NCBI RefSeq assembly: GCF_001644705.1
Contig: NZ_CP015137.1
Span: 2,940,001-2,972,000, forward strand
From: Dickeya solani IPO 2222
GTDB taxonomy: Bacteria > Pseudomonadota > Gammaproteobacteria > Enterobacterales > Enterobacteriaceae
Length of the DNA: 32,000 nt
Direction: 5' to 3'
This document shows, in pieces, positions 1 through 8,429 of the stretch. Below the pieces are notes generated by a model. The model was not told where the DNA came from. It did not search any database and saw nothing but the letters and a program-made list of their open reading frames with translations. Each line of letters begins with the position of its first letter. Position 1 is the stretch's first letter. The position numbers and the translations under genes are program-made.

Positions 1-1361
1 GCTGGCACATCAGCGACGACGGTAAAGTCATCACCTTCAATCTGGTCGATAACGCGAAATTCCATTCCGGCAACCCGGTGAGCGCGGAAGATTTTGTCTG
101 GTCGATGAACCGGTTGCTGCATCTGAACATGGCGCAGGCGACCACCTGGAAATCGTACGGCTTTACGGCGGATAACGTCTCGAAGATGATCCGCGCCAAA
201 GACGCCCACACGGTGGAGATCGAACTGCCCAAGCCTAACGATCCCAAGCTTATCATCTACTCGCTGGCGACGCTGGGCAGCGGCTCGGTACTGGATCGCA
301 AAACGGTGCTGCAACACGAGAAAAACGGCGACTGGGGCAACGGTTGGCTGACCACCAATGAAGCCGGTTCCGGCCCCTTCAAGCTGGAGGTGTGGCAGGC
401 GAAAGACGTGCTGCGCATCAGCCGCGTCAGCGGTTACTGGCAGGGCGATGCCAAAATGAAGCGCGTCATTTTCCGGCATATGACCGAATCGCAGGCGCTG
501 CGATTAATGATCGAGAAAGGCGACATTGATGTAGCGACCGGCATGTCGGTGCCGGATATCAATGCGCTTAAACAGGATAAAGACGTGACGGTGAAGGAGG
601 TGACCAAAGGCACGCTGTATTACGTGGCGATGAGCCTGAAGAATCCGTACTTCGCCAATCCGAAGGTGCGCGAAGCGGTGCGTTATCTGATCGACTACGA
701 CGGCATCAACAATACCGTGATGACCGGCTATGGTTTCTATCATCAGCGCCCGATCCAGAAAGGGATGGACGCCACGCTGCCCGATCCGGGCTACAAGCTG
801 GATGTCGCGCGGGCCAAAACCCTGCTGACGGAAGCGGGCTATCCGAACGGGTTTGATACCACGCTGCGCGTGCTGTCGGATCAGCCGTTCCTGAATCTCG
901 CCACCGCCGTGCAATCCACGCTGGCGCAAGCCGGCATCAAAGTGCAGATCCTCTCCGGCACCGGCAATCAGGTCTATGGCGCGATGCGCGATCGCAAGTT
1001 CGACATGCTGGTCGGGCGCGGCGGCGGCGGCGTCGATCCCCATCCGCATTCCAGCCTGCGTTCCGTGGTCTACAACCCGGATAACAGCGATGAAGCCAAA
1101 CTGACCAATTTTCAGGGCTGGCGCACCTCGTTCTACGATAAGCAACTGAACGAGATGATTGATCAGGCGTTGCTGGAAAAGGATCCGCAAAAGCAGAAGC
1201 AGATGTATATCGACGTCCAGAACCGCTATGAGGCGCTGTACCCGGCCATTATCCCGGTGTCCCAGATGATCGATTCGGTCGTGCTGCGCAAGGATGTCAT
1301 GAAGTATGTACCGCATCCGTCCTCCACGACCCACCTGCGGGACGTGTACAAGCAACGCTAG
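1..1361 (+). CDS. ABC transporter substrate-binding protein, family 5 (Dpp/Opp/Nik type), 5' end cut by the window edge
   Basis: The frame is open from the window edge (codon phase from nt 3: WHISDDGKVITFNLVDNAKFHSGNPVSAEDF...) to TAG at 1359-1361. Sequence character is typical of peptide/nickel/opine family-5 SBPs. It is followed by two permeases and two ATPases in dppABCDF order. Confidence 0.85.
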   Translation, partial: WHISDDGKVITFNLVDNAKFHSGNPVSAEDFVWSMNRLLHLNMAQATTWKSYGFTADNVSKMIRAKDAHTVEIELPKPNDPKLIIYSLATLGSGSVLDRKTVLQHEKNGDWGNGWLTTNEAGSGPFKLEVWQAKDVLRISRVSGYWQGDAKMKRVIFRHMTESQALRLMIEKGDIDVATGMSVPDINALKQDKDVTVKEVTKGTLYYVAMSLKNPYFANPKVREAVRYLIDYDGINNTVMTGYGFYHQRPIQKGMDATLPDPGYKLDVARAKTLLTEAGYPNGFDTTLRVLSDQPFLNLATAVQSTLAQAGIKVQILSGTGNQVYGAMRDRKFDMLVGRGGGGVDPHPHSSLRSVVYNPDNSDEAKLTNFQGWRTSFYDKQLNEMIDQALLEKDPQKQKQMYIDVQNRYEALYPAIIPVSQMIDSVVLRKDVMKYVPHPSSTTHLRDVYKQR

Positions 1362-1396
1362 TTGGCGATCGCTGAATGCCAACGTGAAATCACCGT

Positions 1397-1426
1397 GCCG
1401 GCGGCAGTCAGATATCCGTCGCCGGC
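1397..1426 (+). other. Intercistronic GC-rich stem-loop between the SBP and first permease genes
   Basis: GCCGGCG (1397-1403) pairs perfectly with CGCCGGC (1420-1426), with a 16-nt loop. Hairpins after SBP genes are common in ABC operons. Confidence 0.4.
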
Positions 1427-1447
1427 CGGGGTATCGGGAGAAAGAAC

Positions 1448-2506
1448 ATGGTCTTCTCTGATCGGATCACACCGGGCGAGTGGCTTAAACCGGGCGGCGT
1501 GCTGCGCCGGCTGGCGAAACGCTTACTCCAGGTCGCGGTCACGCTGTTCGGTTTATTGATCCTGACGTTTATTATCGGCCGCGTTATGCCCATCGATCCG
1601 GTGCTGGCGATCGTGGGGCAGGATGCCGACCAAAGCACCTACCAACAGGTCTACCAGCAACTGGGGCTGGATAAACCGCTGTACGTCCAGTTTTGGATTT
1701 ATTTCAATGCGCTGCTGCACGGCGATCTCGGCAATGCGCTGCTGACCGGCCGCCCGGTCATCGATGACATTATTCGCGTTTTCCCCGCCACCATTGAACT
1801 GGCGACGATGGCGATTATCGTCGGCGCCGGGCTGGGGGTGCCGCTGGGCGTGCTGGCGGCGGCAAGGCGCGGCAAATGGGCGGACTATGTCGTGCGTTTT
1901 ATTAGCCTGGCCGGTTATTCCACCCCGATCTTTTGGGTGGGGATGATGGGGCTGCTGGTGTTCTATGCCTGGCTGAACTGGGTCGGCGGCGCCGGGCGGG
2001 TGGACATGGCCTATGACGGGCTGGTGGAAAATCGCACCGGCCTGCTGCTGGTCGACGCCATGCTGGACGGCAACTGGGAGGTGTTTCGCAGCGCGCTTAA
2101 TCATCTGGTGCTGCCCGCCACCCTGTTGGGGTTTCACTCGCTGGCGTACATCAGCCGCATGACGCGCAGTTTCATGCTGGCGCAGCTGTCGCAGGAATAC
2201 ATCATCACCGCGCGGGTGAAAGGGTTGACGGAATTCCGCGTCGTGTGGGCGCACGCGTTCCGCAACATTCTGGTGCAACTGCTGACGGTGGTGGCGCTGG
2301 CTTACGGGTCGCTGCTGGAAGGCGCGGTATTAATTGAGACGGTGTTCTCGTGGCCGGGGTTTGGCTCTTATCTCACCGGTAGCCTGTTGCTGGGCGACAT
2401 GAACGCGGTGATGGGGTGTGTCCTGCTGGTCGGGTTGATTTTCGTCAGCCTGAATCTGCTGTCGGACATGCTGTATCAGGTCTTTGATCCGAGGACGAGA
2501 GTATGA
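1448..2506 (+). CDS. ABC transporter permease (DppB/OppB-like)
   Basis: 352-aa polytopic hydrophobic ORF. GGGAGAAAG precedes the ATG. The C-terminal SDMLYQVFDPRTRV tail is typical of DppB/OppB-type permeases. Its stop overlaps the next gene start (ATGA at 2503-2506). Confidence 0.9.
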   Translation: MVFSDRITPGEWLKPGGVLRRLAKRLLQVAVTLFGLLILTFIIGRVMPIDPVLAIVGQDADQSTYQQVYQQLGLDKPLYVQFWIYFNALLHGDLGNALLTGRPVIDDIIRVFPATIELATMAIIVGAGLGVPLGVLAAARRGKWADYVVRFISLAGYSTPIFWVGMMGLLVFYAWLNWVGGAGRVDMAYDGLVENRTGLLLVDAMLDGNWEVFRSALNHLVLPATLLGFHSLAYISRMTRSFMLAQLSQEYIITARVKGLTEFRVVWAHAFRNILVQLLTVVALAYGSLLEGAVLIETVFSWPGFGSYLTGSLLLGDMNAVMGCVLLVGLIFVSLNLLSDMLYQVFDPRTRV

Positions 2507-3408
2507 CGATTTCCTCCGAGCCGGTGTTGCGCGCCCGGCCGCACAAGCGCGCAGGCCGTCTGAAGTTGCGCGGCGCGCGCATACTGGGTTTTCTGCTGCT
2601 GTTGATGCGCAACCCGCTGACGGCGATAGGCGCGGCGATTGTTCTGGTGCTGATGCTGATGGCCATTTTTTCGCCGTGGATCGCCACCCATGACCCGCTG
2701 GCGCAGGATCTCGCCAACACCTTGCAGGCGCCGGGCGCCAGCCACTGGTTCGGCACCGACGAGTTCGGCCGCGATGTATTTAGTCGTCTGGTGTACGGCT
2801 CCCGCATCACGCTGTATATCGTGGCGCTGGTGTCGATTACCGTCGGGCCGATCGGGCTGTTGCTGGGTGTCGTCGCGGGGTATTACGGCGGGGTGGTCGA
2901 CACCATTCTGATGCGTATCACCGATATCTTCATTTCTTTCCCCAGTCTGGTGCTGGCGCTGGCGTTTGTGGCGGCGCTCGGCCCGGGGCTGGAGCACGTG
3001 GTGATAGCCATTACGCTCACCGCCTGGCCGCCGATCGCCCGTCTGGCGAGGGCGGAAACCCTGTCGCTGCGGCAGGCTGATTTTATCTCGGCGGTAAAAC
3101 TGCAGGGCGCGTCTTCGCTGCGCATTCTGCTGCACCACATTGTGCCGCTGTGTCTGCCTTCGGTGATTATCCGTATCACCATGAACATGGCCGGGATCAT
3201 TCTGACCGCGGCCGGTCTGGGCTTTCTCGGGCTGGGGGCTCAGCCGCCCGACCCGGAATGGGGAGCGATGATTTCGGCCGGCCGCCGCTACATGATGGAG
3301 TGCTGGTGGCTGGTGACGATTCCGGGGCTGGCGATCTTGATCAACAGTCTGGCGTTCAATTTTCTTGGAGATGGCTTACGTGACATCCTCGATCCCAGAA
3401 CTGAATAA
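2503..3408 (+). CDS. ABC transporter permease (DppC/OppC-like)
   Basis: 301-aa membrane ORF with HWFGTDEFGRDVFSRLVYG (the N-terminal DppC/OppC motif) and a C-terminal LGDGLRDILDPR tail. Confidence 0.9.
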   Translation: MTISSEPVLRARPHKRAGRLKLRGARILGFLLLLMRNPLTAIGAAIVLVLMLMAIFSPWIATHDPLAQDLANTLQAPGASHWFGTDEFGRDVFSRLVYGSRITLYIVALVSITVGPIGLLLGVVAGYYGGVVDTILMRITDIFISFPSLVLALAFVAALGPGLEHVVIAITLTAWPPIARLARAETLSLRQADFISAVKLQGASSLRILLHHIVPLCLPSVIIRITMNMAGIILTAAGLGFLGLGAQPPDPEWGAMISAGRRYMMECWWLVTIPGLAILINSLAFNFLGDGLRDILDPRTE

Positions 3409-4291
3409 TGTGAATGTACTGCATGATGTAGATGCGGCTCACCGTACGCCGCAAGCAGGTTCGCTGCTGGAGGTGGACAATCTGCGGGTGAGTTTCGTCA
3501 ATGGCCGCGCGGTGACCGACGCCGTGCGCGGCGTGTCTTTCTCGCTGGGGTGCGAGAAGCTGGCGATTGTCGGCGAATCCGGCTCCGGCAAATCCACCGT
3601 CGGACGCGCGCTGTTGCGGCTGCATCCGCGCAGCGCTCACATCACCGCCGACCGGCTGGATTTTAACGGCATCGACCTGCTGGCGGCGGATGAAGCGCGC
3701 ATGCGTCAGATTCGCGGCAAACGTATTTCGATGATTATGCAGGACCCCAAATATTCGCTGAATCCGGTGGTGTGCGTCGGCGATCAGATCGCCGAAGCTT
3801 ATCTCGCGCACCACCGCGTCTCGCGGCGGGCGGCGAAAGAAAAGGTGATCGCGATGCTGGACGTCGTGCGCATTCGCCAGCCGGAACGGGTATACGGCCT
3901 GTACCCGCACGAGGTCTCCGGCGGTCAGGGGCAGCGCATTATGATCGCGATGATGCTGATCACCGAGCCGGAAGTGGTGATTGCCGACGAACCGACCTCG
4001 GCGCTGGATGTCTCCGTGCGTTTGCAGGTGCTGGCGATGCTGGATGATTTGGTCAGCGAGCGCGGTCTGGGGCTGATCTTTATCAGCCACGATATCAATC
4101 TGGTGCGCAGCTTCTGCGATCGGGTGCTGGTGATGTACGCCGGCCGGGTGGTGGAGTCGATAGCGGCCGCCGATCTGGACCATGCCCAACACCCCTACAC
4201 CCGTGGGTTGCTCAATTCATTGCCGGATATCGATCACCCGCGGCCACGTCTGCCGGTAATGAATCGCGATCCTGCCTGGCTTAACCCTTAA
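3371..4291 (+). CDS. ABC transporter ATP-binding protein (DppD/OppD-like)
   Basis: Walker A GESGSGKST, signature VSGGQGQR and Walker B VVIADEPTSALD are present. The start is uncertain: TTG 3365, ATG 3371, or GTG 3410, which lies 2 nt after the permease stop. Confidence 0.88.
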   Translation: MAYVTSSIPELNNVNVLHDVDAAHRTPQAGSLLEVDNLRVSFVNGRAVTDAVRGVSFSLGCEKLAIVGESGSGKSTVGRALLRLHPRSAHITADRLDFNGIDLLAADEARMRQIRGKRISMIMQDPKYSLNPVVCVGDQIAEAYLAHHRVSRRAAKEKVIAMLDVVRIRQPERVYGLYPHEVSGGQGQRIMIAMMLITEPEVVIADEPTSALDVSVRLQVLAMLDDLVSERGLGLIFISHDINLVRSFCDRVLVMYAGRVVESIAAADLDHAQHPYTRGLLNSLPDIDHPRPRLPVMNRDPAWLNP

Positions 4292-4300
4292 GGAGCGCAT

Positions 4301-5107
4301 ATGACGACTGAGGCAAACCACAAAACACGGGCGATGATTGAGGTGCGCAACCTGAACCTGACGTTTGGTGAAGGAAGCGCGCAAAATCAGGTGCTGTACG
4401 ATGTGAATCTCACCGTCAATGACGGCGAGATTTTCGGTCTGGTCGGCGAGTCTGGCTCCGGAAAGACCACGGTGCTGAAATGTCTGGCCGGGCTGTTCAA
4501 TCACTGGCAGGGGCAGTTGTGGATCGATGATCGGCCGCTGGCGCACCGCATTGAGCAGGCGCGCTGCCGACGGGTGCAGATGGTGTTTCAGGATCCTTAC
4601 GGTTCACTGCACCCGCGTCATACCGTGGAAACGATTCTGGAAGAACCGCTGTTAATTCACCGTTTCGCCGATCGGGATGACCGCATTGATACGCTATTGG
4701 GAAAGGTGGGGCTGGGGCCGCAGTTTCGCCGCCGCTATCCCCACCAGCTTTCCGGCGGGCAGCGTCAGCGCGTGGCGATCGCCAGAGCCTTGATTCTGGA
4801 ACCGCGGGTGCTGCTGCTGGATGAGCCCACCTCGGCGCTGGATGTGTCCGTGCAGGCGGAGATCCTCAATCTGCTGGCGGAATTGCAGCAGCAGGAGAAA
4901 CTGACCTACCTGATGGTGACGCACGATTTGGGAGTGATAGCGCACCTGTGCCATAACGTCGCGGTGATGCAATATGGCCGTATTCTGGAAACGCTCGCCA
5001 CCGGCGATCTGGCCCGCGATACGCCCAAAAGCGCCTATACCACGATGCTGGTGGATGCCAGCCGGCAATACAGCCGGGATTTGGCGGTACGATCGGAACG
5101 GATGTAA
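4301..5107 (+). CDS. ABC transporter ATP-binding protein (DppF/OppF-like)
   Basis: Walker A GESGSGKTT, signature LSGGQRQR and Walker B LLLDEPTSALD are present. AAGGAG precedes the ATG. Confidence 0.9.
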   Translation: MTTEANHKTRAMIEVRNLNLTFGEGSAQNQVLYDVNLTVNDGEIFGLVGESGSGKTTVLKCLAGLFNHWQGQLWIDDRPLAHRIEQARCRRVQMVFQDPYGSLHPRHTVETILEEPLLIHRFADRDDRIDTLLGKVGLGPQFRRRYPHQLSGGQRQRVAIARALILEPRVLLLDEPTSALDVSVQAEILNLLAELQQQEKLTYLMVTHDLGVIAHLCHNVAVMQYGRILETLATGDLARDTPKSAYTTMLVDASRQYSRDLAVRSERM

Positions 5108-5137
5108 ACCGGGCGTTGATAGACGGAAGTGCATAAC

Positions 5138-5177
5138 ACGGGAGGACGGCGGCGGTTGTCTTCCCGTTGCTATTTTG
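5138..5177 (+). terminator. Rho-independent terminator of the family-5 ABC operon
   Basis: ACGGGAGGAC (5138-5147) pairs with GTCTTCCCGT (5158-5167) at 9 of 10 positions, followed by TGCTATTTTGG. Confidence 0.6.
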
Positions 5178-5196
5178 GAAACGGACGGAGAAAAAG

Positions 5197-5232
5197 TTGA
5201 CATTGGTAATGTTGAGAATGAAAATCATTTGA
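5197..5232 (+). promoter_or_regulatory. Putative sigma-70 promoter with an overlapping Fur box upstream of the fecI-like gene
   Basis: TTGACA at 5197-5202 is followed 17 nt later by GAAAAT. GAGAATGAAAATCATTTGA (5214-5232) matches the Fur consensus GATAATGATAATCATTATC at 14 of 19 positions by hand alignment. Confidence 0.6.
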
Positions 5233-5255
5233 TTGTTTTCTGACGAGCCAGCAAC

Positions 5256-5792
5256 GTGAATCACTCCGCCGCCCTTTGCCCCGAACAGGCTGATGACCGC
5301 CATGATGACCAACGGCGTGTGCAGCAGATCTATTCCGAGCACCATTCCTGGTTGCAGGGATGGCTGCGGCGTCGCCTCGGCTGTTCCCAGCAGGCGGCGG
5401 ATCTGGCGCAGGATACCTTTCTGCGGTTGCTGACTCACTTTCCCGCCGAACCGATCCGTGAGCCGCGCGCCTGGCTCAGCACCGTGGCGCATGGGCTGAT
5501 GGTCAATCACTGGCGGCGCAAAGATCTGGAACAGGCCTATTTGCAGATGCTGGCCAGCCAGGAGTTTGTGGTCAGCCCATCGCCGGAAGCGCAGGCGATG
5601 ATCGTTGATGCGCTGGTGGAGATCGACGCGTTGCTGTCTTCGCTGTCGTCCAAAGCCCGACAGGCGTTCCTGTGGGTGCAGCTGGAAGGGCTGACCTATC
5701 GTCAGGTGGCGGAACGCCTGATGGTATCGGAGCGCATGGTGAAAAAGTACATGGCGCAGGCCATGCTGACCTGCCTGACCGCGCAAGCCTGA
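5256..5792 (+). CDS. fecI: ECF sigma factor, FecI family
   Basis: 178-aa ORF (GTG start). DLAQDTFLRLL, RAWLSTVAHGLMVNHWRR, LEQAYLQML and GLTYRQVAERLMVSERMVKKYMAQA align along the whole length with E. coli FecI as I recall it. Confidence 0.88.
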   Translation: MNHSAALCPEQADDRHDDQRRVQQIYSEHHSWLQGWLRRRLGCSQQAADLAQDTFLRLLTHFPAEPIREPRAWLSTVAHGLMVNHWRRKDLEQAYLQMLASQEFVVSPSPEAQAMIVDALVEIDALLSSLSSKARQAFLWVQLEGLTYRQVAERLMVSERMVKKYMAQAMLTCLTAQA

Positions 5793-5796
5793 TGTC

Positions 5797-6750
5797 ATGA
5801 CGCCGTCGTCTTCCTCGTCTTTGCCTCCGAATGTGTTGTCCGCCGCGGCGGAGTGGTACGCCACGCTGCACGATGAGGCGTGCAGCGAACGGGAACGGCA
5901 CGCCTGGCGCAGCTGGCTGGAGAGCGATGAACGTCATCAGCTGGCCTGGCGTCAGGTGGAACAGATTCAGGCGCGTTTTCAGACGCCGGATAACCGGCTG
6001 ATCTCCTCGGTGCTAAGCCGTCAGGGGCGTGAGCGACGTAGCGCGCTCAAACTGCTGGTGCTGGCCGGGTTGACCGGGACGTTAGGCTATAGCCTGCCGT
6101 GGCGCAGCTACGCCGCCGACTATCGCACCGGCGTGGGAGAACGCCGTCAGTTGACGTTGGCGCAAGGGGTTCAGGTATGGCTGAATACCGACTCGGCGCT
6201 GAATGTTCGCCATCAGAACGAGGCACTGGTGCTGCAACTGCTGTCGGGAGAACTGTTGCTGGAGCGAGGGGCCGGTGGGAATACGCCGCTCTGGCTGGAA
6301 ACGGGGCAGGGCAGCGTGATGCCCGCTTCGGTCTGCAAGCTGTCCCTGCGCACCTGGGAGCAGCGCAGTTGTCTGGCGGTGTTCGGCGGCGAAACGCACG
6401 TACAATTGGGCGCCGGGTCCGACCGGCGTTTGCGGTTGCCTGCCGGGCAGGAAGTGACCTATTCGCGCGAGCAGTGGCAACCGCCGGTGGCGGTGCAAGC
6501 CTTCCGACAAAGCTGGTCGGGCGGCGTGCTGGTGGCCGATAACATGCGGCTGGACCAACTGACCGGGGAGATCGCCCGCTATCAGCGCCTGCATTTCCAA
6601 TTGGATGACGATGTGGCGGCGCTGCGTATTTCCGGGGTGTTCCCGTTGCAGGACACCGAACGGCTGTTCAACGCGTTGACGAAAACCCTGCCGATTACGC
6701 TTTCTCATCGTTTTCACTGGTGGGTGACGATCCGCCCGCGTCAGGCATAA
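5797..6750 (+). CDS. fecR: FecR-family transmembrane anti-sigma/sensor protein
   Basis: 317 aa, starting 4 nt after the fecI stop. The N-terminal AAEWYATLHDEACSERERHAWRSWLESDERHQLAWRQVEQI is the typical FecR cytoplasmic domain. It has a single central hydrophobic segment (LKLLVLAGLTGTLGY) and a periplasmic FecR domain. Confidence 0.88.
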   Translation: MTPSSSSSLPPNVLSAAAEWYATLHDEACSERERHAWRSWLESDERHQLAWRQVEQIQARFQTPDNRLISSVLSRQGRERRSALKLLVLAGLTGTLGYSLPWRSYAADYRTGVGERRQLTLAQGVQVWLNTDSALNVRHQNEALVLQLLSGELLLERGAGGNTPLWLETGQGSVMPASVCKLSLRTWEQRSCLAVFGGETHVQLGAGSDRRLRLPAGQEVTYSREQWQPPVAVQAFRQSWSGGVLVADNMRLDQLTGEIARYQRLHFQLDDDVAALRISGVFPLQDTERLFNALTKTLPITLSHRFHWWVTIRPRQA

Positions 6751-6866
6751 TTTCCCGTCGTTTCTGCAATGTTTCCCGTTACTCCCTGGTCTATCCGTAT
6801 GATAGACGCCCAAAAATGACGCTAATCACGCTGGTGTTTCGTGGTTAAAATGCTAAGAATGGTCGC

Positions 6867-6881
6867 TGAAATATTATTTCA
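6867..6881. promoter_or_regulatory. Perfect 7-1-7 palindrome TGAAATATTATTTCA (KdgR/IclR-type operator-like) upstream of the AI-2E gene
   Basis: TGAAATA-T-TATTTCA is a perfect inverted repeat about 100 nt upstream of the ATG at 6977. It fits the core TGAAA-YRNYR-TTTCA of the KdgR box as I recall it. Confidence 0.35.
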
Positions 6882-6976
6882 CGGTCAGAGTATTGCCACC
6901 TCTGGCGACGGGGCGACTCCCTTCGTTGGCAGGCGCTGCGATTCCCCTGGCGTAGCAGTACGAAACAGGATGTCAT

Positions 6977-7987
6977 ATGCAGTTGTTGAATTTGAAACAA
7001 GCCAGATTGCTGAGCTTCGTCTTTATCATGGGAGGGCTGCTGCTCTTGATTGAGCTGCGCCTGCTTGCCTGCTTTATCGCTGGTTTTCTGGTGTATGAAA
7101 TCATTAATCTGCTGACGCCGTATTTTCAAAAGGTGATCAGCGGCAAGCGCGCCCGGCTGGCGGTGGTGGCGGTGATCAGCACACTGGTGGTCTGCCTGCT
7201 GAGCGTGATTTTCGGCACGCTGGTGGGGTTGCTGATGCAGGAAATGAAGGACACCAGTGTGTTCAACGCCCGCATCGCCTTTATTCTCGACGATGTACAA
7301 AAGCAGCTCATGACCTACCTGCCGGGCTATCTGCCGGTCAGCGTGGAAGAGTTGCAGCACGAGTTTGTGGCGTGGCTGCAAAAGCACGTGGTGATGTTGC
7401 AGAACATGGGGAAAGATTTCCTGCACGGTTTTGTCACCATGCTGATCGGTATGATCCTCGGGGCGATCATCTCCCTGTATAACATCGAGCCGACGGTAGA
7501 CAAGCCGTTGCTGAAAACCGAACTGATGCACCGGGTGTCGCTGCTGTCGTCCTCGTTTCGCAACATCGTGTTCGCGCAGGTGAAGATTTCGCTGGTGAAC
7601 ACGGTGCTGTCCGCCATCTTCATTCTGGGCGTGTTGCCTGGCTTCGGCATTCATCTGCCGTTTGCCAAAACGTTGGTGGTGCTGACCTTCATTTTTGGTT
7701 TGCTGCCGGTGATTGGCAACCTGATCTCCAATTCCGTGGTGTTCATTGCCGCGTTGTCTATCTCCGTGCCGATCGCGCTGCTGGCGTTGGTCTATCTGAT
7801 GCTGATCCACAAACTGGAGTATTTCCTCAATGCCCAGATTGTCGGCACCCGCATCAAGGCGCACGCCTGGGAGATTCTGCTGGCGATGCTGGTGTTTGAA
7901 GCCGCATTCGGCATTTCCGGCGTGATTGCCGCGCCTATCTATTACGCCTACCTGAAAAGCGAACTGCGGGAAGCGGCGCTGATATAA
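6977..7987 (+). CDS. AI-2E family transporter (UPF0118, PerM/YdiK-like membrane protein)
   Basis: 336-aa polytopic membrane ORF. AGGA lies 6 nt before the ATG. The segment FGLLPVIGNLISN resembles the conserved P-x-IG motif of the family, and the topology and length fit. Confidence 0.7.
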   Translation: MQLLNLKQARLLSFVFIMGGLLLLIELRLLACFIAGFLVYEIINLLTPYFQKVISGKRARLAVVAVISTLVVCLLSVIFGTLVGLLMQEMKDTSVFNARIAFILDDVQKQLMTYLPGYLPVSVEELQHEFVAWLQKHVVMLQNMGKDFLHGFVTMLIGMILGAIISLYNIEPTVDKPLLKTELMHRVSLLSSSFRNIVFAQVKISLVNTVLSAIFILGVLPGFGIHLPFAKTLVVLTFIFGLLPVIGNLISNSVVFIAALSISVPIALLALVYLMLIHKLEYFLNAQIVGTRIKAHAWEILLAMLVFEAAFGISGVIAAPIYYAYLKSELREAALI

Positions 7988-7999
7988 TCGGGCTGCACT

Positions 8000-8048
8000 C
8001 CGAGCACGATAACGACAGCGCCGTATTTGCCTGTGCTGTCGTGCTCGG
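8000..8048 (+). other. Imperfect stem-loop after the AI-2E gene (possible terminator lacking a U-tract)
   Basis: CCGAGCACGA (8000-8009) pairs with TCGTGCTCGG (8039-8048). CAGC (8016-8019) pairs with GCTG (8035-8038). There is a 6-nt bulge and no T-run follows. Confidence 0.35.
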
Positions 8049-8151
8049 ACCGGTGGCCGTTCCGGCTTTCGGCCGCTGGCTCTGCCTGATTGGCTAAACC
8101 GCCCCGCATATTGTCCACGCTGTGCAGTCCATTCTTGTGTCGCCTATTCTT

Positions 8152-8190
8152 ATATTGTTTACACGTATTGTTTACACATATTGTTTACAC
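8152..8190. repeat. Three tandem 13-bp direct repeats, core ATTGTTTACAC
   Basis: TATTGTTTACAC occurs at 8153-8164, 8166-8177 and 8179-8190. Degenerate copies are ATATTGTCCACGC at about 8108-8120 and GTTTACAC at about 8297-8304. Confidence 0.9.
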
Positions 8191-8380
8191 GGTGCCTCAC
8201 CCACCCGCGTGACCTCTGATTTTCCGGTGCGCAGCGCGATGGGGTCTTTGCCGGGCGCGATTAGCAAATACAAACAACCTGCCGCCAGGGGATGACGTTT
8301 ACACTGCCAGAGTTCGGAATGCCGCGATGAGCATGGGGTGGGGGATGAGTGCTGAACACGCTAAGACACCCCGGAAACGA

Positions 8381-8405
8381 CAATGCCGCCCGGAGGGCGG
8401 CATTG
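8381..8405 (-). terminator. Rho-independent terminator of the GPH transporter gene
   Basis: CAATGCCGCCC / GGGCGGCATTG form a perfect 11-bp stem with a GGA loop, about 25 nt downstream of the stop at 8430. On the minus strand it is followed by TCGTTTCC, a modest U-tract. Confidence 0.6.
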
Positions 8406-8429
8406 AAGGATGACAGACCGAGGGTAGTT

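Noticed and set aside
504-1382. Long antisense ORFs overlapping annotated genes. Examples: 504-1382 (-), 1553-2278 (-), 3356-4192 (-), 4866-5864 (-), 6845-7864 (-), 11251-12339 (+), 18580-19599 (+), 19801-20571 (+), 24913-25731 (-).
   Set aside because: These are shadow frames opposite clearly recognisable genes in GC-rich DNA. Their translations are Arg/His/Gln/Pro/Gly-rich with no recognisable motifs, no RBS context and no independent intergenic space.
6751-6976. A FecI-dependent promoter or a degraded fecA remnant downstream of fecR.
   Set aside because: There is no ORF fragment with TonB-box or receptor-like translation. The repeated TTTCCCGT motifs (6750-6757, 6772-6779) give GGAAA-type -35-like elements only on the minus strand, pointing into fecR, so I could not support a promoter call.
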